From NCBI GenBank assembly GCA_937863565.1, contig CALMGJ010000031.1, positions 1-64,000 of the forward strand: a stretch of DNA of 64,000 bases, given 5' to 3'. The notes beneath the pieces are model-generated. The model searched no databases, was not told the DNA's origin, and saw only the letters and a program-made list of their open reading frames with translations. Positions 38,622 to 49,000 of this stretch are shown here, piece by piece. Within the stretch, counting starts at the first letter, position 1; each line of letters begins with the position of its first letter. The stretch is from an uncultured bacterium (lineage in GTDB: Bacteria; AUK180). The translations under genes and the position numbers were made by a program.

Positions 38622-40034
38622 TTACCATCTGATCTTCTTAAGGCCCTTCTCCAGGATGAATTTCAGCGAGGATGTTTCAGCAGAATAGTCCGCCACCCTG
38701 TCCCATGCCGTGCCGTGGGAGACGGACACCCTCCGGACCGGAATGCCCAGTGTCGCCTGGCAGGAACGGTCCAGATAAAGATATTTGAAAAGAGGCAGCG
38801 CTTGATCGTGGTACATGGACAGGTACACATCGCACGGCGTTTTGAAAAAAGCATCGGGAATTAAAGGTCCTCTGACATTAATGCCTCTCGATCGGGCTTC
38901 GGCAAGCGCGGGTTCTATGATCTTCGCCTCTTCATCTCCCAGCAGGCCCGATTCGGAAGCATGAGGATTAAGGCCGAGAACGCCTATCGTTCCGTACGGT
39001 TTCAGGACTTCAAGGGTTCGCAGGATAAGTTCTCCTTTCACGGCGGATGGAACGCCTGAGACCGGAAGATGCCTTGTAAGAAGCGCAAGCACCATGTCTT
39101 CGGAGAAAAAAGTCATTACGGGATCGCCCCCGGCTTTCGAATAGAATTCTGTAGCGCCGCTCAGATCGTGCCCGGCCATATTGAGCGACTCTTTTGAATT
39201 GGGAAGATTTATTATGATATCGATCTCCCTGGAATAGAATCTGCTCACGGATTGCTCAAGAATGCGCATCGTATGGCTTCCTGCCGATGCTGAGGGGGAG
39301 CCGGGAGAGAATTTCTCGCTTTTCCGGAGTTTGACATCGATAACATTTATAACAGAAGGATCATATGCGGCCGTGTCCTTGACCGCCTTGAAAACGCATT
39401 TTTCCAGTTTACGGGAATGTTTCGCATAGAGGCGTTTATAGTATTCAAGCACCTCGATGCTGCCGATGATAAAGATCCTCTTCTCCCTGAAGATATCCTT
39501 CCTTTCGGTATAGAGTTTGAGCAGGATCTGCGGGCCGCAGCCGTTCATATCGCCCGCCGTTACTCCGAGATTGGAAAGAGGCCTGTCCTTGAAATAACGC
39601 CCGATCTTCTCTCTCATCGCTGCGGTATGTGTGGCATTCCAATATACCCTTCCGCATCCGTTGCAGATCCTGAACTCCGTATTGTTCTTATATACAAAAG
39701 GAGCCACTTTATCCTTGATGGTCCCCTTCTCTACCGGTTCGGTCATTTTATTGCATACCGGACAACGCTGCAATTCGGTCTGTGTCCTTTCAATGATCCC
39801 TTCGGAAACGAGATACATGATCTGGGTCTCTATGCTGTCAAAAGGAATGAACACGGAATTACGGCCCTTTTCAATGAGCGCATCGCGGCTCTTCCGGCAC
39901 TTAACGATATACAGGTCTCCCTCTTCGGGATCCCGGTTGAGCAGGAGGATGTTTTCCGCAATTTCCGCGTCGTAACCGAGTATCCTGAGCCACTTGGCGA
40001 GTTTCCCGAGATTTATGTCCAGTATTATCCTCAT
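38622..40034 (-). CDS. pdxA: Fusion of a Mut7-C RNase/Zn-ribbon domain (aa ~1-150) and a PdxA-family dehydrogenase
   Basis: LDINLGKLAKWLRILGYD, RCPVCN, CNGCGRVYW; then GVTAGD..G.GPQI, TRHLP, LNPHA, MYHDQ, SVSHGTA; pdxA-rsmA synteny. Confidence 0.85.
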   Translation of the reverse strand: MRIILDINLGKLAKWLRILGYDAEIAENILLLNRDPEEGDLYIVKCRKSRDALIEKGRNSVFIPFDSIETQIMYLVSEGIIERTQTELQRCPVCNKMTEPVEKGTIKDKVAPFVYKNNTEFRICNGCGRVYWNATHTAAMREKIGRYFKDRPLSNLGVTAGDMNGCGPQILLKLYTERKDIFREKRIFIIGSIEVLEYYKRLYAKHSRKLEKCVFKAVKDTAAYDPSVINVIDVKLRKSEKFSPGSPSASAGSHTMRILEQSVSRFYSREIDIIINLPNSKESLNMAGHDLSGATEFYSKAGGDPVMTFFSEDMVLALLTRHLPVSGVPSAVKGELILRTLEVLKPYGTIGVLGLNPHASESGLLGDEEAKIIEPALAEARSRGINVRGPLIPDAFFKTPCDVYLSMYHDQALPLFKYLYLDRSCQATLGIPVRRVSVSHGTAWDRVADYSAETSSLKFILEKGLKKIRW

Positions 40035-41656
40035 TTGAGCCCCAGCATGTCCTTTGCGATCTGGACCGTTCTTTCGGATATGCTCTTGCCGCCCAGCATC
40101 CTTGAGATCTCGATGATCCTTTCATCATCGGAAAGAAGTTTTATGTCCGTGATAGTGTCCTTGCTTTTCTCTGTTCTCTCAACTCTGAAATGTCTATCGG
40201 CGAACTTTGCGATCTGATGCAGATGCGTTATCACGATAGTCTGTTTCTTCTCCGAGATCTTCTTGAGCTTTTCGCCGACATATAAGGCCGTTTCTCCTCC
40301 CACCCCCGCATCTATTTCGTCGAAGATCAGAGTGTTCACCGAATCGTCGGAAGCGAGTATCTCTTTAAGGACAAGCATGATCCTTGATATCTCGCCGCCC
40401 GATGCTATCATATTGAGCGGGAAGAACCCTTTTTTCGTGGTGTCTATATAGAACGATACGCTGTCGAAGCCCCTTTCATTGAATTCCGCTTTGTCCGCAG
40501 AAGGGATCTCTTCCGGAAGGAGTACCACTTTAAAACGCGATGGCATGGAAAGCTTCTTGAGCTCTTTTTCAATCATCGCCGCGAACCCTTTAGCTCCATC
40601 AGCCCTGGCTTTTCTTATTTTTAGAGCGGTGCCGTAAAGCTCCTCCCGGGCCCGGTTTAATTCCTTTTTCTTCTCTTTCAGCTCATCATCGGAGATCTCG
40701 AAGGAAGCAAGTTTTCTGCCCAGCGTCTCTTTGAATGCGAGGATGTCGTCAAGCGTGGCCCCGTATTTATTGAGTTTTTCGATCGCATAGAGCCTGGCAT
40801 TGAGGTCATCGAGAGACTCGGCCTCGGAGATCTCGGAATCGCGTTTCTCAAGTTCTCTGTAATAATCGAGAAGTTCCTCCTTGAATTCAGTGATCTTGTT
40901 CTCGAAACCGGAGAGTTCCTTCACCGCAGTCGAGAGCGCTCTATTATTCTTTGTAAGTTCTTCCAAAGCTGCAAGAAGCGAATTGTCGGATTCGGTTATC
41001 AGCTCTTTCAGTGAGAATATGATCTGTTTGAATTCCTGAGCCCGGCTGAGCATTCCGATCTTCTCTTTAAGCCTTTCATCTTCCCCTGGAGCGGGGTCTA
41101 TCTTCTTTATCTCGTCATACTGGAATTTTAAAAGGTCGTATTCCTTTGAAATAAGCTCCTTGGCGGCGCTGATCGCGGCAAGGTCCTCCTCAAGCTCTCT
41201 GTAGCATGAGAGCGCGGCGGCATATTCCGCGGTTATCCCCGGCTTGACACAGTATTTATCGTAAAGCGCAGCCTGATGCTTCTCCTCAAGCAGGCTCTGG
41301 TTCTCGCTCTGGCTGTGGATATCGATGAGCTCCCCCGTCATTTCCCTGAATCTTTTCTGCGTGAGGAGGACATCGTCATAGTAATACCGCTCCTTCCCGC
41401 CGGAAACGCTTACCCTTAGGACGGCTTCTTTTTCGCTGTTCCCTGAAGGGAGCGTGAAGATCCCCTCTATTTCCGCCGCCTCGTTCCGGAGGAGTTTTTT
41501 AATATCCCTGGTATCTCCCATAAGAGTCTTCACGGCATTGATGAGAACCGTTTTCCCCACGCCGGTCTCACCAGTGAATACGTTCAATCCGGAACAGAAC
41601 TCAATATCGGTATTTTTTATAAGAATGAAGTTCTTGATCCTTAGAAATGACAGCAT
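40031..41656 (-). CDS. recN: DNA repair protein RecN
   Basis: TGETGVGKT Walker A, DIHSQ, ASGGEISR, FDEIDAGVGG, ITHLHQIA. Confidence 0.95.
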   Translation of the reverse strand: MLSFLRIKNFILIKNTDIEFCSGLNVFTGETGVGKTVLINAVKTLMGDTRDIKKLLRNEAAEIEGIFTLPSGNSEKEAVLRVSVSGGKERYYYDDVLLTQKRFREMTGELIDIHSQSENQSLLEEKHQAALYDKYCVKPGITAEYAAALSCYRELEEDLAAISAAKELISKEYDLLKFQYDEIKKIDPAPGEDERLKEKIGMLSRAQEFKQIIFSLKELITESDNSLLAALEELTKNNRALSTAVKELSGFENKITEFKEELLDYYRELEKRDSEISEAESLDDLNARLYAIEKLNKYGATLDDILAFKETLGRKLASFEISDDELKEKKKELNRAREELYGTALKIRKARADGAKGFAAMIEKELKKLSMPSRFKVVLLPEEIPSADKAEFNERGFDSVSFYIDTTKKGFFPLNMIASGGEISRIMLVLKEILASDDSVNTLIFDEIDAGVGGETALYVGEKLKKISEKKQTIVITHLHQIAKFADRHFRVERTEKSKDTITDIKLLSDDERIIEISRMLGGKSISERTVQIAKDMLGLK

Positions 41657-41657
41657 A

Positions 41658-42491
41658 TCAGTCCCTGTTGAAGATCTTCTCCTTCAGGATAGTGCTGATG
41701 TTCTTGCTCTTGAAAAGGATGAGATTGCATTTTTTATGTTTCATCGTCGTGACAGTCACCTTTTCTCCGGGACCCATCTTCTTCGTAATAAGCCCGTCCA
41801 CAGTGTAAATTATTGGAAAATCATTGCCGTTGACCACTGTCAGTTTCCTGTATCCGTTGAAAACGAGAGAGGGTTCACTGTTGAATTGCGGACTGATCGC
41901 TTTGTAGATCATAAGATCCAGCCCGGCTTCAACGATCGGCCCGCCGGAGGAGTAGCAGATGGCGGAAGAACCTGCCGGTGTGCTCACGATAAGGCCGCTG
42001 GCACGGAGAAGATGATAGAACTCATTGTCCAGATATACTTTAAAATCGAGAAGCCTTGTTCTGCCTTCATTCTCGAATACGATGTCGTTCAAGGCAAAAT
42101 CCTTAACGGGACCGTGCCCCGTCTCGAGAAGGCTCAGAGGAATGTATTTATCATGATCAGACAGTATCTGCTTGAAACCGGCGATAAGCTCTTCCAGCGT
42201 GAAGGATGCGAGAAAACCGATCCTTCCGATGTTTGCAAGAACATATTTATTGTCTATCGAACCGGAATCGTGCAGCATTTTAAGGAAAGTCCCGTCACCT
42301 CCTATGGCTATAACGAATTTCTTTCCGTTCACGAGATCCCTGACGCTCTCGTACTTGTAACCTTCACCGAATATCTTCTTTACTTCCGTGTTAACTGAAA
42401 ATTCGAGACCGCTCCTTTTTACGGTCCTGAACAATTCCAAAAACCTTGTTTTAGCGGCAACCTTGCCCGGATTGATGAATATGCCTATCAT
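41658..42491 (-). CDS. nadK: NAD(+) kinase
   Basis: GGDGTFL, GRIGFL, ALND, STPAGSSA...SGGP. Confidence 0.9.
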   Translation of the reverse strand: MIGIFINPGKVAAKTRFLELFRTVKRSGLEFSVNTEVKKIFGEGYKYESVRDLVNGKKFVIAIGGDGTFLKMLHDSGSIDNKYVLANIGRIGFLASFTLEELIAGFKQILSDHDKYIPLSLLETGHGPVKDFALNDIVFENEGRTRLLDFKVYLDNEFYHLLRASGLIVSTPAGSSAICYSSGGPIVEAGLDLMIYKAISPQFNSEPSLVFNGYRKLTVVNGNDFPIIYTVDGLITKKMGPGEKVTVTTMKHKKCNLILFKSKNISTILKEKIFNRD

Positions 42492-45400
42492 TTGAACACC
42501 ATCTTTATCTCATACTCGAAGAAATTGCGCATCTTCACTATATCCCTTTTAAAATCAGCGTATTCCTGCACTTCGATCTCCTGCTTTTTCACATGGAAGG
42601 AATAGACCAGTATCGCGTCCCTCCCTGATTTCTTCAGATCTATTTTAGCAGAAAATATTTTATTTTCAACAGAAAGTGCTGATTCATCGAACTCGAACGA
42701 AGCATTTTCGGGACAGACGATCATATTCCTGATATCCCTGTTGTCCTTAACGGGAAGAAGCATCCGCGAAGATATCTTATCCAGCGATGCATAATCGTTA
42801 TACATCGAAAAATCCTCCAGAAGCGGTTTGAACATCAAATGCTTCGGATTCAGAAAATCGAATATCCTCACGGAGTAACTGAAGTTGATCTCATCATCCT
42901 CAGAGGTCCCCTGCTGATAAAGGTCCTTCACTTCCGTTTTCTGGTGTACCGCGTTCCATCTTGCGTTGAGCTGTTCGACGGCGGTCTCCCTGTTCGAGAG
43001 AAGAGCTCTTGCCTCTGCAGCGAACATTCCGCTTGATCTCATCTTCCTTTTCAGGATGAGATCGAACCCTTCGAATTCCGCGGTCGTGTCAACCGTTACT
43101 TTATCGTTCTGCCCCATGTTCTTATTGAGTGTTTTCAGCCTGGGGCCGGAAGAGGTCATCTCAAAAGCCGCTGCTCCATAAAGGCTTTCAGGGACTTCCA
43201 GGGCTTTGTTCCAGTTCGCCGTAGGGTCGACTATGTATTCATTGCCTTTCTGGTCATATACCGTCAGGATCGCATGATTGAACGCAGTCAGGATGGGAAG
43301 CGTCTCGAGAATGCCAATATCCCTTGTCCGGACGAGCGTGATATTGGATTTGATGCCCGCGAGTTCAAGGAGAACCTTCATAAGCGTAGATTTATCCTTG
43401 CAGTCGCCGTACTTCTCGGCGATGACCTTCGCAGGGAATCTGGGCTGATAGCCGTTCAGGCCGTATTCGATCCCCAGGTAATGAATGTCTTTCGCAACGA
43501 ACGAGAATATCTTTTCCAGCTTCGAATTGAAATCTTCGTTTGCTTTTATGCCCAATCCGGCATATGTATCCTTCAATTTGGCGTTGATCCTCAACCTCTC
43601 TTCGAAAAGGCCTTTGGCCCATGAATACACTTCACCCCAATCGGAGAACGTCGTGATGACGAGATACGGGAAGACTTCAGGATAAGGCGCCATAAGAGGG
43701 ATGCTCTTTATTCCGGGAACATTCTTGAAATTCCATGCTGCGATCTCGTATCCTTTATCCGCGTATTCTAAAGGTTTTTCCGAAGCAAGGTAGACCTTGA
43801 AACGCACTTTTTTATCTTTCGGTCGGATAATGAGGAAATCCTTTTTAATGACAGGATGGGTCTCCTTCAGGTATTCGATAAGACCGGGGAATTTATCCTT
43901 GAACGATTTTTTGGAGAACTGCATGATCCTGTAACGGAGATATATCTTAGAACCGGGCTGCAGATTATCGAAATAGAGCACATAGGCCTTCCAATCGGAT
44001 AGGATCTTATCATGACCTCCGGTGGAACTTATCTGGAATTTCTTGTTCGAGAACATAGTACCGTCCGGACTCGTCACGAGTATCTCGTCGATCTTCACGT
44101 ATTCGCTCGCAGAATTGTAATAAACGGGGAAAGCGTTCATTTTCTCTATAGCGGAAGGCGCGTTGATGAAGAAAAGGTTCTCGAAGTGCCTCGTAGCCGA
44201 GTTGTTGCTCTTGATCTCCACGATGGTCCTCTGGTACAGTTCGATGAGATCATGATCCTTGAACTCCTCGGGTATGACAGGTGCGGCCTTTACATCGGGC
44301 CGGTCTTTATCCATAAGAGATTGAGCGTAGTCTTTTTCCTCGGTTATCTCGGATAGAAGTTCGATGGCGGCAAGGTCCTGCGGATCGAGCCTGACGATCT
44401 CTCTCAGATATTCTTCAGACTTATTCTTCCCGGAGATCATTGAAATATCGACTAAAAGCTTCAAAAAGGAAGTGTCGTACAGGAACCGTTCCCTGAATTC
44501 CTCAAAACAGAGTTTGAGCGATTCTTCTTTTCCCGTCCGGATAAGCGCTCTCAGCTGTGCCATCCTTATATGCTTCATTCCCGGAAAGACCCCGACGCGT
44601 CTGGAAAGCATCTCTGCGGCGCCCGCGGGATCGTTCCACGTGTTGTAAAGGTTCAGTTGCGCCATCATTATATCGTACCGGGAATAAGGATGTTCCTCGT
44701 ACAGGGACGAGAGCTTTGACATGATCTCTTCCGGAATATTTCTTTCTATCCCTTCGAAGATGACATCGTCAAGCGTATCGTAGTAATCGCGGTCTTTTAT
44801 CTTATCGAGAAATATTTTCTGCTCTCCGTAGTATTTCAGATTCGAGAGGATATCAAGCATCAGTATCGAAGAGAGCTTGTTGAAGGTTCCTGTCTTCTTG
44901 AGCTCTTCGAGCGCCAGAATATAATATGAACCCTTCGCCAGCGCTTTAGCTGTAAGATAATGATACAGGTCGGGCGATGCGCGTTCCAGTCTCTTCAGGG
45001 TTTGAAATTCTTCATTGGGATCCTCACACAACAGTGCAAGGAAATAATTCACCCAGGGATGGCACTCCGGCTCTTCGGACAGTCCTTTGAAGATCTTGTA
45101 ATCGAGGCGTTCAGAAGCATTGAAGCATTTTGCATACCTCAAAGCGAGGCCTTTGATGATAGGATCGGGTTCTTCCTCAAGTCCGAGCCATTCGGAGGGA
45201 TCCTCGACCCGGAAATTGTTCAATTTCCCTGAAGGAAGCCTTCGCGCCTGCTCGTCCTTGTGGAAGGTAAGGCGACGGTCGAAAAAGAAACTGACCTCCC
45301 ATTCGTCCTGTTCCACTCCCGTGAAGATCTCCATTGAATGCACGCCTTTGCCGAGGCCGAGATGCATCTTATATGCGCAAAGACCCTGCTCGTTCAAAAT

Positions 45401-46024
45401 ATTGTTCATGTACACTACGGAGCCGTCCACTTTTATCAGGATGCCGCCGTTAAAGGAGAATTCGATCTCATAATCACCGGAAGAAGGTGCGTAGATATTC
45501 TGCCGGATCCTGGCTTTGGCGAACGAATCCTCATTCAGGATCTCGGAGAGCCTGATAACGGGCGATCCGTTACGAATGAATTCCTCCTTGATATCAAAAT
45601 CCTTGCCGATGATGCTCTCCCCGTTCAGGATCATCTCTCCGATCAAAGCATAATCGTCAAAAGGCATAGGACCGGTGATGTAAAAGAAACCGGGGACATT
45701 CAGGGTTTCGAGGATCTTTTTATCGTTCTCTGCCTTTAGAAGCTTCAGATGAAAAAGAAAGATCTTTGAAAGTCTGTCATTACGCTCCGAAAAGAACTGC
45801 TCGGCTTGCTCATAACCTTCCTGACCGTAAGCGCATATGGAGTATATCGAATTCAAGGCGACATATTTCTGTGCCGGAGAGGAGTCCTCATCATAATGAG
45901 ATATCCAATCATCCACGCTTTCGGATATGTTGAAGCGCAGTTCATTGGTAAGTATATCATCGAGGATCGAGGAGGACGCGACTACAATTACTGACAGGAT
46001 CAGAAAAAGAAAAACTCTTTTCAT
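42488..46024 (-). CDS. Large exported TPR + DUF3857-like + transglutaminase-like protein with an intact triad
   Basis: 1178 aa; signal peptide; helical repeats; FDNLQPGSKI (DUF3857-like); YGDCKDK, FNHAI, VDPT. Confidence 0.85.
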   Translation of the reverse strand: MKRVFLFLILSVIVVASSSILDDILTNELRFNISESVDDWISHYDEDSSPAQKYVALNSIYSICAYGQEGYEQAEQFFSERNDRLSKIFLFHLKLLKAENDKKILETLNVPGFFYITGPMPFDDYALIGEMILNGESIIGKDFDIKEEFIRNGSPVIRLSEILNEDSFAKARIRQNIYAPSSGDYEIEFSFNGGILIKVDGSVVYMNNILNEQGLCAYKMHLGLGKGVHSMEIFTGVEQDEWEVSFFFDRRLTFHKDEQARRLPSGKLNNFRVEDPSEWLGLEEEPDPIIKGLALRYAKCFNASERLDYKIFKGLSEEPECHPWVNYFLALLCEDPNEEFQTLKRLERASPDLYHYLTAKALAKGSYYILALEELKKTGTFNKLSSILMLDILSNLKYYGEQKIFLDKIKDRDYYDTLDDVIFEGIERNIPEEIMSKLSSLYEEHPYSRYDIMMAQLNLYNTWNDPAGAAEMLSRRVGVFPGMKHIRMAQLRALIRTGKEESLKLCFEEFRERFLYDTSFLKLLVDISMISGKNKSEEYLREIVRLDPQDLAAIELLSEITEEKDYAQSLMDKDRPDVKAAPVIPEEFKDHDLIELYQRTIVEIKSNNSATRHFENLFFINAPSAIEKMNAFPVYYNSASEYVKIDEILVTSPDGTMFSNKKFQISSTGGHDKILSDWKAYVLYFDNLQPGSKIYLRYRIMQFSKKSFKDKFPGLIEYLKETHPVIKKDFLIIRPKDKKVRFKVYLASEKPLEYADKGYEIAAWNFKNVPGIKSIPLMAPYPEVFPYLVITTFSDWGEVYSWAKGLFEERLRINAKLKDTYAGLGIKANEDFNSKLEKIFSFVAKDIHYLGIEYGLNGYQPRFPAKVIAEKYGDCKDKSTLMKVLLELAGIKSNITLVRTRDIGILETLPILTAFNHAILTVYDQKGNEYIVDPTANWNKALEVPESLYGAAAFEMTSSGPRLKTLNKNMGQNDKVTVDTTAEFEGFDLILKRKMRSSGMFAAEARALLSNRETAVEQLNARWNAVHQKTEVKDLYQQGTSEDDEINFSYSVRIFDFLNPKHLMFKPLLEDFSMYNDYASLDKISSRMLLPVKDNRDIRNMIVCPENASFEFDESALSVENKIFSAKIDLKKSGRDAILVYSFHVKKQEIEVQEYADFKRDIVKMRNFFEYEIKMVFK

Positions 46025-49000
46025 AAATCCCTCCCGAGGAGGAAATACAGTTCCTCCGATTTATCCACCTCATATGCGACCGGCAGGATCCTTTCGAGAT
46101 CATCCGGATAGTAAAGAGCGGGATATATCTGAAGAGTTCTTACGATCTTATATGCCCCGTCATCCGTTCTGGTCATTCTGATGTCGTAATCAAAAACCCC
46201 CTTCACCGATCTGCTGTACTTGAATGCAGGTTCCTCCAGTTCCTTATCCGTTCTGATGATGCACTCGTCCTTGTTCACGATAAGCTGCGTGATGACCAGC
46301 GGGAGGCTTCTCGGATAATCCGCGCTGAAGTAATTCGTTAACCCCGCAGGCTTCATCGGAAGAAGAAAAATACCTTGGGAATTCTTCTTCTCGTATATTC
46401 CCGAGACCCCTACTTCGAATGGCGAAGTGTCCCTTGAGCAGTTTAGCTTGTAATCGGTCAGTTCAAGAAAAGGCAGATACGAGGAGATGAACTGCCTTAC
46501 AATTGAATCCTTGGTGTTCTCGTCGAAAAAATACTGTTTAGCGGAGGCATAAAGGCCTTTAAAGGAGATCAGGGCCGTAAGTCGGAAATTTTCGGACGGG
46601 CGCCATTCATATCTCACGTCTACCTCGTTCTCGATGCCTGTTTCAAGCGCTTCGGCAACCCTTACTTTTAGGCCGTCCGCAGTGAGGTATGCTTTACGCA
46701 GAATGCCCGCTTCACCGCCGAAGGGAACGAACGATTCGCTGAAGGTGACAAGAATGTTCTTGCCGCTGCAGGGAACGATAATGCCGTGTCCTGTGAAGAT
46801 CTCATGATTGAATATAGCCGTATCCACAGTAGTGTAATCAGTGTAAACGACGAACTCGTGAGGGATATTCCAGATCTCCAGGCCGGCTTTAAATACCCTT
46901 AATTTATCTATGTATTCCGCTTTCCTGGATTTAATGATCTCCGGCAGGGTCCTGTTCTTATATGGATCGTCATCGCCTGTGAATTTCGTTTGAAGTTCTT
47001 CGTAAAGGACCTTCATTTTTTCCTCAGGATCGCCCTTGAAACTTTCAAAATACTCTTCAACAGTATGTGAAAGCTCGCCTCCCGGGAAAAGTTCGAAATA
47101 GAAATTACTGACGAAGAGCGCCGGATCGAGCTTGGTGCCTACGAGAAGAGAAGCCAGGAAAACATAGGGTTGAGGTATCATGTTCTCGGAACGTACGCGA
47201 TTCAGACCCGTAGCTTCGTATTTATATGTGAAATAACCCTGCAGATCGGACGTTTTCGAGTATTTGAGCGTGGACAGGTTCTTCTGGTTCAAAAGACTGG
47301 AGCTTATCTTGAGCTCCTTGGGAATATTCAGCGATACGCGATAACGCTCAATGGGGATGGTCACCTGGAAAGTGATCGGGGGCAGGGCATTATAGAACAA
47401 ATGAAGATACGGTCTTGAATGGTATGAAAAGGACGCATATTCTATCAAAGCCCCTTCCTCGAGTCCCTTGAGGGAAGCCGCATTGCCCGAAGATGAATGG
47501 AACAGGTATTCCTTGCCGTCCTTGCCGATGACCTTGAGAAATACAAGGTCTCCCTGAACCCGGAAATTCGTGAAATAGGATACGCCCTTCTGATCATTTA
47601 TTCTGATAAGACCGTAATCCGCCCTTCTGCAGCTCAGGTCCTTGAAGAAAGTATATTCGGTCCGTTCGTCGATGATCTCGATGGGGAAATCCTTCTTGGG
47701 AGGAAGCCCGTCATAATTCCCACGCTCTTTCCCGGATCCGAAAAGTTCCGCATCCAGTTCGGGATCCGCTTCAAAGAATTTATCCATGATCTTCCTTTTC
47801 AACGAAATGTATTCCTCCGTCTTCCCCCGGTTCAGTACATGGTCCGCCAACATAAGATAATATTCCAGATTCTGCGGATAAGTTTCGATGAGTTTACCGT
47901 ATGTTTTTCCCGGTTCAAAACCTTCCACGGCAAGCCGCGAGAAGATGCCTGCCGTTTGAAGATCGTTCTCAACGAAGCCCTTCGGCAGTTTACTGAGGTA
48001 TTCCGCGGCACCGGAATGGTCTTTTGTCTCAAGAAAACAGGTCAGCGCGGAGATGATGCACTGTATCGTAACTACTCCTCTAGCCTCCAATGAGCGCAGT
48101 ATCTCAAGGGCACGAGCGTGGTCGTTCGACGATATCAGGTAATCTACCGCGGCAAGATCGATCATGTTCGGCGAAACAGGATCGCTCACGCCGGACATCA
48201 ATTCCGAAGCGTACAGCTTCATCCCCTCCCTGCTTTTAACAAGAGCTTTGAAATAGCGGGTCCAGCGGAAGTCCGGCCTGGTTTCTTCGATCTTCCTCAG
48301 ATAGACCTTCGCTTCTTCGAGATTATTGTCGTTCAGATAGTATTTGGCCAGAAAAAGCATTGCTATCGTATTGTCGGCCGCTTCGAGATAGGAATTCATC
48401 AGGTAATCAAAGGAATAATCCTTGAATCCCGCGGCAGGATATTTATCGCAGATGATCCCGGCGAACAGTCCGTAGACCGGAGAATCCGAATCACGCGCCA
48501 GAAGAGAGGCCAATTCATGGCTCTTCACTCCGTTTCCGTATGAATTGTACATGGCGGCGAGTTTGAAATTATAGCGTTCGATTGAGGAGTAATCACCGAA
48601 ATGCTCTGCCGGATCGAATATTTTATGGCCGTTCATAGAACCTTTTTTCATTTGGCCGTAACGGATCTTAAGAGGTTTGAGATCGCCGCTCAAAAGCTGG
48701 ACTGAGAAACCGGATTCGATATCCTCCTTCTCATAACCTCCAAAAGAATATCCCGCATCCGTTTTCATGAGAACGGTGTGCCCTCCTTTGCTCAGATCCA
48801 GACGGATGATCTCTTTTACTCCTTTATCGTGGTCCTTCTTTCTTCTTTGATGGACCAGAACACCGTCGATGAAGAGCTTGTACGGAACCGTAGAGAGCAG
48901 ATTGACATAATAATTTCCCGCGGCAGGGACTTCGAAGGACGATGCGAAATACACTATCCCGAAAGGATCGGAATAGATGGTCCTCAAATCGACCCACCCC

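Noticed and set aside
38622-40034. Toxin-antitoxin or defence system based on the Mut7-C (PIN-like) domain
   Set aside because: No antitoxin-like neighbour, and the context is housekeeping (recN, rsmA)
41454-42398. 314-aa plus-strand ORF, and similar ones at 1738-2538, 16190-17026, 39417-40217 and 60419-61210
   Set aside because: All are antisense to confidently identified genes and lack family motifs
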